A stretch of DNA of 64,000 bases from Chrysomallon squamiferum (lineage: Eukaryota > Animalia > Mollusca), in assembly GCA_012295275.1 (NCBI GenBank), contig CM022671.1:36580001-36644000 (forward strand). Reading direction: 5' to 3'. How positions within the stretch are numbered: the first letter of the stretch is position 1; each line of letters opens with the position of its first letter. Positions 36,501 to 48,299 of the stretch are shown here, piece by piece. The position numbers and the translations under genes are program-made. Below the pieces are notes generated by a model. That model was not told the origin of the DNA. It did no database searches and saw nothing but the letters and a program-made list of their open reading frames with translations.

Positions 36501-38453
36501 TGTTTCCTGATCGTCTGGTATTCCGTCACCATCATCGTCCTCATCCAGATAATCTGGAATACCATCGCCGTCTGTGTCTATTTGCTGACTGTCAGGAATG
36601 CCATCGCCATCATCGTCATCATCTAAGTAATCAGGAATACCATCTCCATCTGTATCTTTTGTTTTGTCAACAGGCATAGTTTTTGCTTTTCCCATCTTAC
36701 GAAACTTCGCACGTAACGTCAACATTTTTTCTACCTCATCCGGTATCCCATCGCCATCATCATCGTCGTCCAAATAATCAGGAATCCCATCTCCGTCTGA
36801 ATCAACCTGTTTATAGTCTGGTATTCCATCACCATCATCATCATCATCCAGATAATCTGGAATCCCATCCCCGTCTGTATCCTTCGTTTTATCAACTACT
36901 TCTTGCTTTGTTGTTGGAAGTTTTGGAGATTTAACAGATTGTTTTGGAAGAACTTTCTTTTTACCAATCGGCACAGCTTTTGTTTGTTTTGTCACCTTTG
37001 CTTTTTTAGTAGGCACCTTTGTAGCCTTTTCTAGATGATCAGGAATTCCATCACCATCATCATCATCATCATCCAGGTAATCAGGAATCCCATCCCCATC
37101 TGTATCAACTTGTTGATAATCAGGGATACCATCACCATCAGAATCTTTCTCTAAATGATCTGGTATTCCATCACCATCATCATCATCATCCAAGTAATCG
37201 GGAATCCCATCCCCGTCTGTATCAACTTGTTGATAATCTGGTATTCCATCACCATCATCGTCATCATCCAAGTAATCGGGAATCCCATCCCCGTCTGTAT
37301 CAACTTGTTGATAATCTGGTATTCCATCACCATCATCGTCATCATCCAAGTAATCAGGAATCCCATCCCCGTCTGTATCAACTTGTTGATAATCTGGAAT
37401 TCCATCACCATCCTTATCTTCGTCAAGATGATCAGGAATTCCATCATTATCATCATCATCATCTAAATAATCTGGTATACCATCACCATCTGAATCTATT
37501 TCCTGATAATCAGGGATACCATTACCATCTGAATCTTTCTCTAAATCATCTGGTATTCCATCGCCATCATCATCATCATCCAAGTAATCTGGAATCCCAT
37601 CCCCGTCTGTATCAACTTGTTGATAATCTGGAATTCCATCACCATCCTTATCATCATCAAGATGATCAGGAATTCCATCATTATCATCATCATCATCTAA
37701 ATAATCTGGTATACCATCACCATCTGAATCTATTTCCTGATAATCAGGGATACCATTACCATCCGAATCTTTCTCTAGATGATCAGGAATGCCATTGTTG
37801 TCATCATCGTCATCCAGATAATCAGGAATACCATCGCCATCAGAATCTTTTTCTTTGTCATCAGGAATTCCATCTCCATCACTGTCATCATCAAGATGGT
37901 CAGGAATTCCATCATTATCATCATCATCATCTAAATAATCAGGAATACCATCTCCGTCTGTATCTTTGGTTTTATCTATTGGTGGAGGCGAAACTTTCTG
38001 AACTTTGGGAACTTTGGGCACAGTTTTTGGAACAATTTTTGGTTTCACTTTTTGATCTTTTAATAGAACTTTCTGTTGAGTTTTGGGCTGAACCTTCTGT
38101 TGTGTTTTTAACTGAACTTTCTGTTGTGTTTTGGGCTGAATCTTCTGTTGAGTTTTGGGCTGAACTTGCTGTTGAGTTTTCGGCTGAACTTTCTGTTGTG
38201 TTTTGGGCTGAACCTTCTGTTGAGTTTTTGGTTGAACTTTCTGTTGAGTTTTGGGCTGAACTTTCTGTTGAGTCTTGGGCTGAACTTTCTGTTGAGTTTT
38301 GGGCTGAACTTTCTGTTGAGTTTTGGGCTGAACTTTCTGTTGAGTTTTGGGCTGAACTTTCTGTTGAACTATTTTGGGTTTGGGTCGGGTTTTCGGAGGT
38401 TGTGTGGCTTTCTCCATTGACATCAACTTTCTTCCACAAAATGTGCAGGTCTC
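33600..38453 (-). CDS. Giant coding exon (1,617 codons + stop): Asp-rich DxDxDGIPD (TSP type-3-like) Ca2+-binding repeat protein with Lys/Gln/Pro-rich N-terminus and basic C-terminus
   Basis: Uninterrupted 4.85-kb ORF with synonymous variation between repeats, a coding signature. Opens at polypyrimidine tract + TTCAAG|GAG (phase 0). First in-frame ATG is 38423. 13-aa period xxDxDxDGIPDxL. The 5' connection is unresolved (see findings). Confidence 0.9.
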   Translation of the reverse strand, partial: ETCTFCGRKLMSMEKATQPPKTRPKPKIVQQKVQPKTQQKVQPKTQQKVQPKTQQKVQPKTQQKVQPKTQQKVQPKTQQKVQPKTQQKVQPKTQQQVQPKTQQKIQPKTQQKVQLKTQQKVQPKTQQKVLLKDQKVKPKIVPKTVPKVPKVQKVSPPPIDKTKDTDGDGIPDYLDDDDDNDGIPDHLDDDSDGDGIPDDKEKDSDGDGIPDYLDDDDDNNGIPDHLEKDSDGNGIPDYQEIDSDGDGIPDYLDDDDDNDGIPDHLDDDKDGDGIPDYQQVDTDGDGIPDYLDDDDDGDGIPDDLEKDSDGNGIPDYQEIDSDGDGIPDYLDDDDDNDGIPDHLDEDKDGDGIPDYQQVDTDGDGIPDYLDDDDDGDGIPDYQQVDTDGDGIPDYLDDDDDGDGIPDYQQVDTDGDGIPDYLDDDDDGDGIPDHLEKDSDGDGIPDYQQVDTDGDGIPDYLDDDDDDGDGIPDHLEKATKVPTKKAKVTKQTKAVPIGKKKVLPKQSVKSPKLPTTKQEVVDKTKDTDGDGIPDYLDDDDDGDGIPDYKQVDSDGDGIPDYLDDDDDGDGIPDEVEKMLTLRAKFRKMGKAKTMPVDKTKDTDGDGIPDYLDDDDDGDGIPDSQQIDTDGDGIPDYLDEDDDGDGIPDDQETDKDSDGDGIPDSLELDSDGDGIPDYLDIDSDGDGIPDYLDEDADGNGIPDFKEIDTDGDGIPDYLDDDDDNDGIPDHLDEDADGDGIPDYQQIDTDGDGIPDNLDDDDDGDGIPDHLDHDDDGDGIPDAQQKKAKVFKMKRGIKTTNVDKMLDTDGDGIPDYLDDDADGDGIPDEKEKDSDGDGIPDYLDDDSDEDDSTSEKINKTKDTDGDGIPDYLDDDDDNDGIPDHLDEDADGDGIPDYLKVDTDGDGIPDYLDEDDDNDGIPDYLDDDDDGDGVPDYQQVDTDGDGIPDYLDDDDDNDGIPDSEDDDDDGDGIPDNKEVDTDGDGIPDYLDDDDDNDGIPDYLDDDDNGNGIPDHLELDTDGDGIPDYLDDDDDNDGIPDYLDDDDDGDGIPDDEELDTDGDGIPDYLDDDDDNDGIPDFLDDDSNGDGIPDYQQIDTDGDGIPDYLDDDDDNDGIPDTEDDDIDGDGIPDGIDWKDTDGDGIPDHLDDDDDNDGIPDYLDNDDDGDGIPDEEQIDSDGDGIPDYLDDDDDNDGIPDDEDDDADGNGIPDDLEGDTDGDGIPDYLDNDDDNDGIPDHLDTDRDGNGIPDFMEKDTDGDGIPDYLDDDDDNDGIPDYLDNDDDGDGIPDDKEDFDGDGIPDYLDDDADGDGIPDRLPDQDGDGIPDHRDEDKNGDGIPDHEQDSDGDGIPDHLDEDADGDGIPDKLVDTDGDGIPDYLDDDDDNDGIPDYLDDDDDGDGIPDDLQVKQCEKGKCTGKKKLLKLKKKVRKGKKEASIFSIVKNALKTVWSSKKGSDSGQGKNKYLQPIKQKPHEESIDLMDLISTKLFGYKDTEDKKKKPKKEEKVDEEMKKKAKSKAQAQIEKMAYLKKLMRTSKHIKPNVNAPPPPHSAQASHSSKKTQSLYKQQQAERDRLKKQMDQKFPQPKKIPPKVRSTVPGKSIPAPGLDKTLSSKEQSAKQRKVS
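38075..38380 (-). repeat. Coding 24-bp minisatellite, (QQKVQPKT) x ~12
   Basis: Unit ttctgttgagttttgggctgaact repeated on the + strand, in frame with the giant ORF. Confidence 0.9.
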
Positions 38454-39872
38454 CTTGAACAAAGATAACAAATAAAATAATAAGAAGAACAAGGCGATAG
38501 AAACTAAGTAAGTACGTACGAATATAAATAAATAAATAAATAAATATCAAACCATACCAAAATGCATTACAAACCAATACGAATGTTTTTCTATAATTTA
38601 TTAACCACATCATGCATAAGAAAACAAAAAATAAAAATAAAAAATAAAAATACAAACATCTATCCTTGTATTAAATATGATGATTAAAATGTAATGCTTG
38701 CTTCCCATGTTGACATATAGAACTACACATCCTAGAAAAACCATTGTTTATTATTCATTTTATTTATTTATTTTTATTATATATATATTTTTTTTAAATG
38801 TAAGATAATGTCTATATGCATTAACATGTGCTTTGGATCTGTGTGCCTGCGTCTGAATGAATTGTGTGTATATGTATACATAGGCATGTCCATATGTATG
38901 ATTATATATATGTTTCTGAATCTATTCATATGACTGCATGTATGCTATTTTGTGTGACTGTCTTGTCAACTTCCAGTCTAACTATTTAAAAGCAACACAT
39001 TTATTCTATTAAAAATTATACTTACTGGTGATAAATCCGAATGCTGTTTTTACGTCTTTGCTTGCAATAAATAAATTAGTAAACTGAATAACATGCTGGA
39101 ATGGCACACTGTGAAAACAACCCGATTCACATTTGAAGTTACAGCTCTGCGTTGCACTATGAAGTTTTTATATTTTTTTGAATTTATCTTCACAAAAAAA
39201 ATTTAAGTGTGTTCATTATAACTATTGGAAACGACAGAAATAAGCAAATCTAAAAAAAATATCTATTTATTTACTTATTTTTACTATCTTACTTCATTAT
39301 TATTATTAGCCTTACTGGTTTGAAGATAGAACGAATATTCTGTGTAACAAGAAATGTGTAACTGTAAGAATATTTAATGGTAAGAGGGGATTCAGTGAAT
39401 GTTTTAGATGGAATGAACTTGTAATTCACTGAATATTAATTTTTAAAAGAACGAATACCTAACATGAATATTTAACAGAATGAATGTTTAACAACACTTC
39501 AGTGAGATATACTGTATAGTCCATGGATCAGAACAGAATTTGGTACCAGCCAGATGGACAAAGCTTATCAGTTGTTTTTATATTAATTCATGAAAACTTG
39601 GCCTATAGCCAGTGACTATTAGTTTTGTCATCACAATATATTAACATAACTTTTATTCCAATTTACTTTTAATATAATTTAAAAAATTAAAAAATATGTT
39701 TTTAATTTAATAATAATATATATATAAAATAATAATAGTTATTATTAGCCTTATTTACAGAATCTTGAAGAAGCAGTAATTTTAAATTTCTCTGTAAATT
39801 CAGACATTTCAAATATAAGTCAGTAACTTTCAAATCCAAAAACAGTGTTGCAGAAAATGCAACAAAAATTAA

Positions 39873-39948
<76 letters not shown>

Positions 39949-40573
39949 TATTACATGTATTTTTTTTTTACCCCGGATTTGATTACGTGTTGAAATTAAA
40001 TAAACTATTTTATTTCTTGTGACTTCATATATATGGTTTATGTAGCTTTCTTTGTTTCAGAAGCCACCACTTTGGTTTAGGAAAATAATTACAACCAGAG
40101 CCTCACTGGACTTTCTTTGTTTTACAAATTTTAACATTTATTAGTTGTATTGCACAATTGATTTTTCTTCAAAATAGATATCTCACAAAGAAAATAATCA
40201 AATGCTAGGTCTTCTACAGCTGTATATAAAATTCATTTGTGGATGTATCATGATTGATGTTAGATTTTGTTAGCATTTTCCATACAAAACATTTTGTTTA
40301 TCTGGAAATAACTGGTATTGAACCTGGAAACCCAGCATTTCCATTTATAATCATCTGCAGACATGACATATACTTTGCTAGTAACACACAAAAAATTGAC
40401 TTCGCACACCGATTTGGTAACTACTCAAAATATGAATGTGTGTTTAACTTTAACACAAGTGTCAACAAAGTTTAAGAGGAAAAGAAAATTAAGGATTGTT
40501 TTACTTAATTAGAAAGTCATACTACAGGGTGTCAGAGTGAAACAACAAAGCCTATACTATTATCTTCAAACAG

Positions 40574-40606
<33 letters not shown>

Positions 40607-41452
40607 CAGCAGTCACCATTTTCCACAATACTCATTACTTCAGTTGTGACATTTGCTCCTCTTAAATCTGTGATATCTATATAGTTGTACATATTTGAAG
40701 GACGAGCTTCTACCGACAGAATATTTTATTCATTGATTTGTAAATGGTATTATTTTTCTTTCTACTACAGACATTTTAATTATTCCTATAGAAAATATTT
40801 ACTTCTGCAGTTTTAAAGCCTACCTTGGCACTTTCTAACCATAAATAAACTGATCCTTCTATGTTATGTGAAGAACAAAACAAACAAAAAAGAAAAGTCA
40901 AGCAAGCAAAATTGGCAAAAACATATTTTGAAACAAAACATTAAAATAACTTCAAAAACAACAAACCATGCATATTAACACATACAAATAATTTATTCCA
41001 TCTTGAACTGTACAAGTTTTTCATACAAACAAAATTTGTGATGTTAGTTCTTGATTGCTCATTCACAACAAAATACGACATTACACAACATCTTACATTC
41101 TCCATTTTTCCAATGAACAAGGCAACAATAAAAGATAATTAGGTTCATGTGCTCAGATTCTGTTAACTGTAATTCTTTTTACCCATTTTTCAAACAATTT
41201 AATAATAATAATAATACTAATAATAAAACTAATAATAATAATAATAAAACTCAAAATTTAAAACTTTAATAGCATAGTTACTTTTTGTAAGAAATATGTA
41301 AGTATATTTTAGGGAAATAATTTTCAAGAGAAGTTTTGAGTAGACTGCTCAGTTAACATGACAAATGACAAAATTAACATGTATCTATGAAGATGAAAAC
41401 TTCTAGAAATGATTTGCTGTAGTTTTGATGATGATATTTCTATTTTTCACTG

Positions 41453-44400
41453 TTAGAGTTCATCTTTTGTTTTATCTTCACTCTGTAGACAAAAGAAAAA
41501 AAAGAAGAAAAGTAACTATTAGAAATTGTCTCGGATTTTAGCTGTTTGTTCCCTGTTACCCTCATTGCTGGCCTTTGTTGTTTTTTTGTTTGTTAAATGT
41601 TCATTTTGTACTGAGTTAGTGCTAATCAAAACTATGCAAATCCTCATGCTCAAAAACAAAGGATGCAAATTGCACAAACAATTTGTTTTTAAAACAGGAG
41701 AGAAAAAGAAATAATCATAAAATGTATAAGAACAAAATGGATGCAGATATTAAAATTGTTTCAAATAAGAACGGATGAAATGGTTTCTCATCCGTCCGTC
41801 ACACACGGCACAGCAATAAGCTGTAATCGGGAAAACAGCACAGCAACTGGATTAGTTATACATGTCATGCAACAGGTTAGACATTTATTCACTTGTTCTT
41901 ACTGGGTGCTTTTCTTTTAATAATTGATCATTTGATACGGTTTCTTTTAATATTTGATTGTTTGAATACTGTAAACAAATGCTAAATAGAAGAAAGTTCC
42001 TTTTAAAACATAAATGTTCTGCAAGTAATTATTTTCCTATCAAACTTAACCAAGATAATAAAGATGTACTGTTGTATTTAGAAACAAATTAACTTACTTT
42101 CTCTGCTTCTTCTGCAGGTTTTTCTTCCTCTTTTATTGTTTCTTTTTCTTTTTCTTCACTCTCTTCAGCAACAACCTCTTCTTCCTCCCCTTCTGCTTTC
42201 TCCCCCTCCTCTTCTTCCTCTGGCTCATCTTCAATCTGTTAGCAGATTTTAGTATTAAACACCTTTTTACTTGCATGTTTATTACACTATTCTTTTCTTT
42301 GTAATATACATCATCTATAAATCAGGTAGAACACAGATTGAAAAATTTGATAGGATAGTTGTAATATTTCTTTCAGTCTTTATTTTATCACATAATATAT
42401 GTACAAAATATACTTGACCAAAAAGTTGAAACTAACACTAACCTTGGCATCCAGTGGTACGTCCATACTAAGTCGCAGCATTCTCTCTATCCTATCAGCA
42501 AACCCTGCTGAGTCTGGAACCAGGTACCCTGACCTCATCGTAGCAGTTTCAAACATGATGATTGCCAAGTCTTTAGCAGTTTGATCTTCTTTGTTTGCCT
42601 GAAAGTAATGATGAGTGTAAACCTATAAATACATACAAACGTCACAATCATACACACACAGACACACACACCGTCAACAAATGCCTTGCTGTTTTTACAT
42701 TATTAAAACAAAACTTAATTTGTAAAGATCTCTGTATTGTTAATGCCTGGCTATTTAACAGATCTACACAATTACCTCTACTTTCTGTTTAAGTTCTTTC
42801 ATCAGAGGGTGTCGTGGGTTGATTTCCAATGTCTTCTTTTGTGATGAATAAAATCTGAAAGAAAAAAGTTAATTTTACAATTAACATTTTATACATAGAA
42901 ACAGCTACATTTTACTGTTATTTTTTTTATTGTATGTAAAAATTACATACATGTTCTGTGTCCATATCTATGGCCACAATTATTGTGTTTTCACCCTAAC
43001 ATGCATCTTAAAACTGCATTAATAACTACTAAGTTACTCACTCCTGATTAGGGTCTTTGGATTTAGCATAAGCTTGTGCTCTCATTAATCTCTCCATATT
43101 TCCTGACCAGCCATACTGACTGGCAACCAAGGCACATGGTGAAGTTGTCAAACGTTCGGACACAGTCGCTTTTTCAATCTGGAAATTTCATATAATATTC
43201 ACTTTTAACTTGATATATCATTTGACAAAAATAAATCCAAAAAGGTACTAAGAAAGAAGATAAATGCTTTAATGAAACTTTTTAAAATCTGGTGTTTTCA
43301 CTCATATTATCAAGGTTTAAAATTAAACAAAAATGAGAGTGGTTATCAAATTCCCATTATTACATCTTAGGCTTCATAAGCAAGAAACATTATGCTAGAT
43401 TTTGAAATTTTCTCACCTTGTCTTTCAAAGCGTCCTCCTTCAACCACTTCAGTAGAGGTTCGTACTCCTTTTCTAGAGCTTCCTTCCTCTCCTTGGCTTT
43501 TTCTGAATCGTCAAGTTTCAACCCATCTTTAGCTACATTTTGGAATTTTTTACCATCAAACTCAGGCAATGACTGCATGCAGTATTCATCAACTGGGTCA
43601 ACCAAATAAAGCACTTCATAACCTTTCTTTAGAAGACGCTCAACAAATGGAGATTTTGATACCTGAACACAAAATATACTTATATAAAATGTACTGTAAC
43701 TGATATAATGAATATTTAACATGCAGAATGTTGAAATATAAACAACACATTTAAAAAATAAGATACAGTAAAATATTTTTTACATAAATGATTTCATAAA
43801 TTCAGTTTTATTTTTTTTCATTTTGTCTTGGCAATTTCTAATAACATTATCACAAGAGAAAATTAGGTACTATATTTTTAAGAATACCAAAAATTATTAG
43901 TATGAACAAACAAGTGAAACTTTGACATCAAGAAAAATGAAATCAATTTATCTAGAATTATTTTGTTTCAGTTACCTGCTCTTTATGCAAGTAATGAACT
44001 AGTTGGCAAATTAAATTGTAAGTAATTATTTTAACAGATGTTTATAAATGTTTAAAAAAGCATGCCTCATTTTTGGTGGTTCCAGCTATGAAGTAAATAG
44101 CATCCTGTTTTTCCTTCATCCTCTCAACATAGTCAGCCAGACTGGTCATCTCGGTGTCAGAGTTAGAAGAGTAAAATCGGAGAAGTTTTGCCAGTCGAGT
44201 TCTGTTAGACGGGTCTTCAATGACTCCCAGTTTGATACTGGAAAACATTTTTAATGTGATACATAACATTTTGTCTGATTACTGTACAAGTAATAACATA
44301 TGCTGAATTAATCAAGAACTGAAATTCAAAAAATATTTGGAATTAATACTTATCTGTTCCTGCAGATGCATTGTTTATAATATATTACTTGATATAGACT

Positions 44401-47400
44401 TATTAAATTAAGAAAATGATTATCTAATTTTCTTCAGTAATGTTTCATGGTAATCCTGTCAGTTTTATACCAGAGAGAAAAACACAAATATTCAGTCATT
44501 ACCTTGTGCTGTATTCCTTCCAGAAGTGTTCATAATCATCTTTGCTTATCTTCTTAATCATGTCAAGAGTTTTTCTAACAAGTTTTTTCTTTATCACTTT
44601 TAACAGTTTGTGTTGCTGTAGGGTTTCTCGTGACACGTTCAGTGGCAAGTCATCAGAATCAACCTGAACACAAAACATGAATAAAATCTTTAACTTCCAT
44701 CTAGTATTTTATTTTATGTTTTTCTATTTTCTGTGGAATAACCCCCACCAAACAAATTACATACAATACTTTTGAACACTTACTCTGAATTGAAAATGTG
44801 CTGTGTAACTTGGTTTTAGTACACTTTTCCTGTTATATAGTTACAGGAAAATGAATACAAAAAATTAAAATGTAAACATGTAGGAGATATCAAAATTAAC
44901 ATCATAAATGGTATGTAAAGGAAGCTTTGTTTCAATTAATGAACATGCAGGATTAAATTAAATATTGATTACAAATTAGCAACAGAGTGAGATTAAAACC
45001 TGATTTACTTACCACACCTCTGATAAAAGCCAGATATTTTGGCATCATATCTTCAAAGTCATCAGTGATAAACACTCTTCTGACATACATCTGAAAAAAA
45101 TATAAAACATTTTAAGAAGGTTTATGCCCAACACTGGAAAGCTATTTAAAATATATGCAAAGCCAATGCTTTTTGGGACAAAAAAAAAAAAATCTGATTT
45201 ATTGTAGGAATAAACATAAAAAAATATAATATTTTTAATAGCTGTGTAAAATTCAATTCTTATAAAATGAGGAAAAACAAACCTTTATACTGCTAATTTT
45301 CTTTCCATAGTTATGGAAGAGGTCACTGGGAGAGTTCTTTGGCACGTAGAGGATAGATTTGAACGTGACCTCACCTTCGGCAGTGAAGTGAATCTTTGTC
45401 ATTGGATCTTCAGATTCCTTGCTGATAGACTTATAGAATTCATTGTACTCACTTTCTTCAATGTCTGCAGGTCTGAAACAAAATAAGTTTATTTTATTTA
45501 CAAGATAACTCATGATGTAGAATATTACAACCGTTTTACAATGATCAGTGAAGAGGTGAACTCACTTGCGAGTCCAAATTGGCTTCACGCTGTTCATCAG
45601 TTCCCAGTCCCAGACTGTCTTTGACACCTTCTTTGTCTTTGGTTTATCTTCCTCCTTCTCTTCTTCCACCTTTCCATCATCTTCCTCTTCTTCTTTGTCT
45701 TCTTTTTTCTTTTCTTCCTCTTCAATAGGTTCCTCAACCTCTTCTGTCTGTTACAAAATATTTATTAAAGGTTTATAATATTTTCTTTTTAGCAAGAATT
45801 GAAGAACATTTTCAAATAATTGTTACAGTAAAGAATGAATGAATATTTAACGACATCAGTACAATTCTAAGTTCACAATAAGAAAATAATGGAGTAAAAT
45901 AAATCAGTGTTAGAAACTGATTTATAATATTTTTACTCTATACAGTATAATAAATACGAGAAAAAAAAAATGTATCAAACATTTTAAAATTTATAATAGA
46001 AATTAAAGTATGGGAAATATCACAGTGTCTCAACTCCATCCTTTCTTGATTGTTTATAAGACTACCAATCACCTCAGTCTTACAATAAATAAAATTTGTA
46101 AAACAAATGCATGAAACTGATGTAAATCAGAATAAATAGAAGAATTATTTCCAAACAATGGAATTATAACAAAAGAGGTAAAGAATAAATGATAATTAAC
46201 CAGTGCTTTGTTATGAGAAGATAATAACAAATGTTAAGATGTGAAGGTTAAAAGAACAGCTGTACTCTGAGAGAGACATGGTGCCCTTTCAAGTGAGATA
46301 TCAGATAAAAAAAACAACCTCACACCTGCTCCAGCTTAATGTTTCATATCTAACATCACAAGCCCTCCTCTTTATCTCATGTTCATTCATTTGAAAGTTT
46401 TACTAGTAATTAAAATAATGTGGCAGGCGGTAATAACAGACAAAATTGATAAAATATTTTAATAAAAAACTTCATTATTAAAAAAAAAAGAAAAAAAAAA
46501 AGAAGGTTCCATTACAAATATACTTAACTCTTCCAATTTAGAATTAATGTCAGACTAATGCAAGGTGTAATTATAGCCAACTTTGAACCCAGACCTTCTT
46601 TGGTGTAAATTTTGATAAAAATAAGAAAAGAAATAAAATAATTAAAAAGAAATACCAAAAATAAAATAATATTTTAAAGTTAAAATATAGGTGTTATTTA
46701 AAATGATGAAGTGTTTTACTTTGCTAGTCCACAGGTAGATGTTGAAGTTGATGAACTGACTGTACTTCTTTATCAAGTCTTTTAAAGTGTTTTCCTCCAA
46801 AAAGTCATGTGCCTCTTCCTTCAGATGCAAACTGCAAAATAAATCAGTTAATGGATTCTTAATGACACAATCTTTGATGAACCAGACAAGCAAATGTTCT
46901 AATTATTAGGCTACACAATTTAAAAACACACTTATTAGAGTAACAGATACAAACATTAATAGTAAAAAAAGAAAGAAAAAAGAAGACAAACAGTCTTAAA
47001 CATTATACATACAGTACATTTTCCTAACACAGTTGTTAGGTTTCAATTATTAACAAATGTAACAATACTAACAAATCTGCTAATAAAATCAGGTGGTTCA
47101 AGATAAGTCAAAGTAATTTTAGACAACAAATAACTGTGTAGGATAAAGAACATGTAAATCCTATTTCAGTACAGTGTTAATAGAACTTAAGGCTAAAGCT
47201 AATTAAATTAAGGTAGGTGTTGTAATAACTTAATGTGACTGCTGTATATATAGGACTAATGAAATTCTTACCTGACAGTAGTTCCACGTCCAAGTGTATT
47301 TCCTCTTGGATCTTTCACAATGCTGAACTCATTGGCATCAGATTCCCAGATGTATTGGTCATCATCATTGTGCTTTGAGGTGACAATGACACGATCCGAA

Positions 47401-48256
47401 ACTAAAAAAAACCCAAAACCAAAACAATTGTAAGTCAAAGCAATCTATTTACAGACTGTAAATTAATTTGCTTGTTGTTTGCTGCAGTGACATTAATGTT
47501 TTTAAATTATTTTCTGGTGTATGTGTGCAATGGAATGCAGTGCTGTATGGACTCAAGTAGGCATGTGTCACTTTACAAGCAAAATTGCAGCCCATGGGCC
47601 ATACAAAGATTTCTACAGTAAAATCACGTTTTTATCTTCATAAAATAATTTTTTTTTTTAAATCGTTTCAATTATGTCATCTACTTTCTTTTAACTTCTG
47701 GCAAATCATGTGCAGCTTATTAACAATTGTAAACAGAAAGCTTTCTTTTAAACATTTTAACAGTTTTTGCTTTTAAAATGGCAAATGCTCCTTTTCCTGC
47801 TTCACTACTTCATTACTTTGTATTTATGAATGCTGTTAAATTTGCTAAAACATTTCTGTGGACATTGATATTATAGATTAAGCATAGTGTAGATGCAAAA
47901 AATATAAATTGATTGTAATACACTTTTTGTTTCTTAGTTCTGTTGGTGTGGCTCCTAAATATACTCAAATTTTCTTATGCGCCACTAGGTAAGACTTGAG
48001 TTTGACACCCCTGGACTAACGAATATGATCAAATTAAAAACGAATCTTACCCAGAAAAGATGAATAGAACCCAACACCAAATTGTCCAATAAAATCAGCT
48101 GCATCAGCCTGAGTCTCTTCAATTTTTTTCTGTAGAAATTCACTTGTTCCTGATTTGGCAATGGTGCCGAGATTTTTCATCAGATCATCTTTAGTCATGC
48201 CAATACCAGTATCGGTGATATGTAGGACATGATTTTCTTTGTCTGCCTGCAGTAGT

Positions 48257-48299
<43 letters not shown>

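Noticed and set aside
33600-38453. Bacterial contamination or recent horizontal transfer of an adhesin-like gene
   Set aside because: The exon is embedded between intron-rich animal genes with a spliceosomal acceptor and microsatellite flanks. Ancient transfer cannot be judged without a search.
38454-38492. Apparent signal peptide [13 protein letters not shown] at the start of the 1630-aa ORF
   Set aside because: The 'M' is a TTG codon, and the hydrophobic stretch is the translated polypyrimidine tract of a splice acceptor.
33825-38655. Overlapping alternative-frame and antisense ORFs (poly-M, poly-[17 protein letters not shown])
   Set aside because: Shadows of the repetitive giant ORF.
39050-39094. 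Minus-strand ATG with hydrophobic run (MLFSLLIYLLQAKT*) as the missing signal-peptide exon
   Set aside because: An in-frame TAA occurs before the donor at 39026; usable only if there is a sequencing error.
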